Sequence record: SRR31156797_3690
Length of the DNA: 20,000 nt
Strand: one strand, 5' to 3'
Positions 16,912-20,000 of this stretch are shown here, one piece after another. Numbering within the stretch: position 1 is the stretch's first letter; each line of letters begins with the position of its first letter. The position numbers and the translations under genes are program-made. The notes beneath the pieces are model-generated. The model made no database searches, was not told where the DNA came from, and saw only the letters and a program-made list of their open reading frames with translations.

Positions 16912-17427
16912 ATAGCAAAGGATATGATGGTAAACGACGGCATTCGTGCACGTGAATTGCGTTTGATTGATCAAAACGGCGAACAACTTGGTGTAAAGAG
17001 TAAAGCTGAAGCATTGCAAATTGCAGAACGAGCAAACCTTGATGTGGTATTGGTGGCACCAAATGCTAAGCCGCCAGTAGCAAGAATTATGGATTACGGG
17101 AAATTCCGCTTTGAGCAACAGAAAAAAGACCGTGAAGCTCGTAAGAAACAAAAAGTAATCAACATTAAAGAGGTTCGTTTAAGTCCAACGATCGACGTCA
17201 ATGATTTCAATACAAAATTGCGTAATGCACGTAAATTCCTTGAAAAAGGGGACAAAGTGAAAGCTTCGATCCGTTTCAAAGGCCGTGCCATTACCCATAA
17301 AGAAATTGGTCAGAAAGTGTTAGATCGTTTGGCGGAAGAAACTGCTGATTTGGCAACTGTTGAGCAAAAGCCAAAAATGGATGGCCGCAGTATGTTCTTA
17401 GTCTTAGCACCAAAAAACGATAAATAA
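16912..17427 (+). CDS. infC: Translation initiation factor IF-3
   Basis: [43 protein letters not shown]. Probable start ATA 16912; the in-frame ATG 16906 is only 1 nt from SD GGAGGTG. Confidence 0.98.
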   Translation: MAKDMMVNDGIRARELRLIDQNGEQLGVKSKAEALQIAERANLDVVLVAPNAKPPVARIMDYGKFRFEQQKKDREARKKQKVINIKEVRLSPTIDVNDFNTKLRNARKFLEKGDKVKASIRFKGRAITHKEIGQKVLDRLAEETADLATVEQKPKMDGRSMFLVLAPKNDK

Positions 17428-17487
17428 TGACTCACTGAGTTTCAGTTTAAAGTCAGATAACGAAAGATTTTGAGGAGGAAATTAGTT

Positions 17488-17688
17488 ATGCCAAAACAAA
17501 AAACACACCGCGGATTAGCAAAACGCGTAAAACGCACTGGCGGCGGCGGATTGAAACGCTTCCGTGCCTTTACCAGTCACCGTTTCCACGGCAAAACAAA
17601 AAAACAACGTCGTCAATTGCGTAAAGCTTCAATGGTTTCAGCTGGCGATTACAAACGTATCCGTCAACAACTAGCACGCATGAAATAA
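17488..17688 (+). CDS. rpmI: 50S ribosomal protein L35
   Basis: [18 protein letters not shown]..., 66 aa; SD GAGGAGG. Confidence 0.99.
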   Translation: MPKQKTHRGLAKRVKRTGGGGLKRFRAFTSHRFHGKTKKQRRQLRKASMVSAGDYKRIRQQLARMK

Positions 17689-17751
17689 TTGCGTAACCCA
17701 AGCTTCACGTATACAAACAATTATCGATTTTCATATTAGGAGGAATTATAC

Positions 17752-18111
17752 ATGGCACGTGTTAAAGGTGGAACAGTAACTCGTAAACGTCGTAAAAAAG
17801 TGCTTAAATTAGCAAAAGGTTACTACGGTTCTAAACACACTCTATTTAAAACAGCAAAAGAACAAGTAATGAATTCATACAACTACGCATACCGCGATCG
17901 TCGTCAAAAGAAACGCGACTTCCGCAAATTGTGGATCGCTCGTATCAACGCAGCGGCTCGTATGAATGGCTTAAGCTACTCAAAATTGATGCACGGCTTG
18001 AAATTAGCTGAAATCGACATCAACCGCAAAATGTTAGCTGACTTGGCTGTAAACGATGCAGCAGCATTTACTGCATTAGCTGACCAAGCAAAAGACGCTT
18101 TAAACAAATAA
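17752..18111 (+). CDS. rplT: 50S ribosomal protein L20
   Basis: MARVKGG...AKGYYG...[22 protein letters not shown], 119 aa; SD AGGAGG. Confidence 0.99.
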   Translation: MARVKGGTVTRKRRKKVLKLAKGYYGSKHTLFKTAKEQVMNSYNYAYRDRRQKKRDFRKLWIARINAAARMNGLSYSKLMHGLKLAEIDINRKMLADLAVNDAAAFTALADQAKDALNK

Positions 18112-18132
18112 TCAATCGTTGGCAACAACGTT

Positions 18133-18160
18133 AGCCCCGCTCTTTGAGCGGGGTTTTTTT
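18133..18160 (+). terminator. Rho-independent terminator after rplT
   Basis: AGCCCCGCTC-ttt-GAGCGGGGTT plus Ts. Confidence 0.93.
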
Positions 18161-18394
18161 ATATACTTTTTTACAAAACAGTGCGATCCTTTACTGATGT
18201 ACTTTCTTTAGTACGCAAATCAAAGGAATAAAGCGTGGTTCTTGATTAGAAATTTTTTATTAAACATAGAAATCAAGCGGATAAATATATAAAGAAACTG
18301 ATCGATTTTGACACATAATTTAAGGTGTCGGAAGTAGTTTATTGTTAATAAATAGGTCGTTATTTACTGTAAAAAATAAAAATAAAAGTATTTT

Positions 18395-18423
18395 TTGACA
18401 AATGAATACCCAAATACTATAAT
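18395..18423 (+). promoter_or_regulatory. Perfect-consensus sigma-A promoter with A-rich UP-like region
   Basis: TTGACA (18395-18400), 17 bp, TATAAT (18418-18423); A-tracts at 18371-18387. Confidence 0.8.
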
Positions 18424-18701
18424 TATTGTGAATATAGGATTAACTTTAAGTCATTATCAGCAGTCGATATACAATGTTTTATGGCTGTGTCAATGGCTTT
18501 CTTAGTTCGAAAAGAGGATGATACAAGGAGGTTATGGAAAGAACATTGGATAACCAATGTGAATCGGGTTTTGCATAATATATGTAATACATAGAAAATT
18601 AGAATTTTTAATAGGTACATTTTTCAGAATATTCAAAAAATTGCTCACCATAGGAATAGGACAGGATGAATAAACTGATTCAAAATGGGAGTAGATGAAA
18701 A

Positions 18702-20000
18702 ATGAAAAAGCGTTTGTTGGTTTTATGGAGTGTATTGGGGTTATTGATTCCTTATTTTTTACCAGCATCCATCGTTGTAGCAGAGGAAATTGAAACAAGC
18801 AGAGGAATTTACTTTTTATCTGAGCCAGCAGAACAAGTAGATTTCTCGACTGAGAAAGAGCAACTGTCCGAGATTTTTCAAGAGGAAGACTGGGTATTCT
18901 TAAATCCAATCAATATTCGCTTTTATGTAGAAGGACAGTTGGATTACCAAAAATATTTTCCCGTTTTTAAAGATGGGGATTTTCATCAATTGATTGATGA
19001 AAGCAGTTGGCAACTAGCACCATCAGAAGTAGCTGACTTTATCCAAAATCATAGTAAAACGACAAAACCAACCTCACCTATGACCTTTATTATCGTCAAC
19101 TATGCTTGGTATGGTTTTTTTGATGAAACTTGGTACGACCTGTATTTGAACGAACCAGCTGATTTGTCTGAATTGCTTTCCGATTTAGAGGAAACGATAA
19201 TTATTCGAGATTTATTTACTGATTATCAGGATCAAGTAAAGCAAGAACAGTCAAATCAAAAAGCACTTGAATCTTCACAACAAAGTACATCCTCTAGAGA
19301 AGAAACTAATCACGATTTTTCGACTAGTACAGAATCGCAGGAATACAAACAATCGGAAGAGTCAAAAGAAAATGTTGAAGGGGTTAGTGAAGACGAACCT
19401 GAAGGGACTAGCAGAAAAAGTACAATTGAAAAGCTTGAAGTGATTGAGGCTTATAAATCAGAGAATAAAAAGGCGTTGTTAGAAAATTATCAAGGAGATT
19501 GGGGAGATTTTGATTACACAAATGGATTAATTGATTCGACAAATAGCAACGGTTTTGCTTTTGTTAATAGGACAGGAGAATACACATTTAATCGGAAAGA
19601 TTTTTATTTTTTAATCAAGGAAAGGGATGGAAAATATGCATATGCCCAAAGTATTTATACTAATTCATTTCCACATAGTTCATATCTCCAACTAAAAAGA
19701 CTTGGTATGGATGGCGTTCACTATCGAATGATGGGAGGAGATTCAGGTTCTGGCAACCAAGTTAATTCTCATAGAACAATCAGATTGATTGGCTTCCAAT
19801 TTATACCAGAATTTTATCGGTTCTATGATGTAAATAGTAATGACGATCCTAATAAGAATCAGAATATACATGTATTTTTGAATTGGCTGAACTTTTGGAC
19901 AGACAATGAGGTTACTGTCGTCCAAAAAGATACTTTACTCTCAATGGAAAATTATATTAGAGAAAAAAACTCAGGTGTTAAATACGAACCGCTAGGTATT
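18702..20000 (+). CDS. Secreted/surface protein, truncated by window end (at least 433 aa); staphopain-like architecture by eye
   Basis: Hand translation is open from ATG 18702 to the window end: MKKRLLVLWSVLGLLIPYFLPASIVVA|EE (Sec signal peptide), globular N-domain, S/E/T/Q-rich linker, then a second domain. GGGAG lies upstream at 18687-18691. Confidence 0.85.
   Translation, partial: MKKRLLVLWSVLGLLIPYFLPASIVVAEEIETSRGIYFLSEPAEQVDFSTEKEQLSEIFQEEDWVFLNPINIRFYVEGQLDYQKYFPVFKDGDFHQLIDESSWQLAPSEVADFIQNHSKTTKPTSPMTFIIVNYAWYGFFDETWYDLYLNEPADLSELLSDLEETIIIRDLFTDYQDQVKQEQSNQKALESSQQSTSSREETNHDFSTSTESQEYKQSEESKENVEGVSEDEPEGTSRKSTIEKLEVIEAYKSENKKALLENYQGDWGDFDYTNGLIDSTNSNGFAFVNRTGEYTFNRKDFYFLIKERDGKYAYAQSIYTNSFPHSSYLQLKRLGMDGVHYRMMGGDSGSGNQVNSHRTIRLIGFQFIPEFYRFYDVNSNDDPNKNQNIHVFLNWLNFWTDNEVTVVQKDTLLSMENYIREKNSGVKYEPLGI

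Noticed and set aside
298-17291. Numerous 60-175 aa shadow ORFs in the track (e.g. 1114-1629-, 3809-4336-, 11782-12201+, 16849-17151-)
   Set aside because: They are antisense or out of frame to well-supported genes, with no recognisable motifs.
105-17487. N-terminal extensions in the ORF track (starts 105, 887, 8238, 9414, 12426, 12675, 13374, 17470)
   Set aside because: They run through promoters, leaders or neighbouring genes; downstream starts have proper SD spacing and match family N-termini.
18481-18594. Leader peptides: 37 aa (18481-18594) and 14 aa MERTLDNQCESGFA (18534-18578)
   Set aside because: The first has no SD. The second has AGGAGG only 2 nt from its ATG and no recognisable features; unsupported without Ribo-seq.
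18423-19925. Minus-strand ORFs 18423-18620, 18532-18909 and 19743-19925
   Set aside because: No motifs; the last two are antisense to the long + strand secreted-protein ORF and the first overlaps its leader.

Overview
Chromosomal segment of a low-GC Gram-positive coccus. Protein sequences and gene order point to Enterococcus, probably the casseliflavus/gallinarum group (inference). It is mostly core genome: rpsO-pnp; a GH1 6-phospho-beta-glucosidase plus a lone PTS EIIC; a P1B-4-type metal ATPase; the lower mevalonate operon (mvaK1-mvaD-mvaK2-fni); a deoxynucleoside kinase; a CorA-family transporter; an EfsQnr-like pentapeptide-repeat protein; an H2O-forming NADH oxidase; and the L20 leader with infC-rpmI-rplT. 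After the rplT terminator the DNA turns AT-rich and holds a secreted-protein ORF (18702 to >20000) that the ORF track misses because it runs off the window. Most interesting: (1) that ORF looks by eye like a staphopain/C47 papain-like proenzyme, but it has no cysteine, so it is a candidate pseudo-protease; (2) a 2.2-copy, 88-bp structured tandem repeat lies between rpsO and pnp, followed by a chain of hairpins in the pnp leader; (3) a near-consensus Fur box sits at an activator-like position upstream of the P1B-4 ATPase, which also has an unusual C-terminal CxxC; (4) tandem NrdR boxes overlap the deoxynucleoside kinase promoter; (5) infC probably starts at AUA. All homology calls come from motif recognition and memory; no searches were run.
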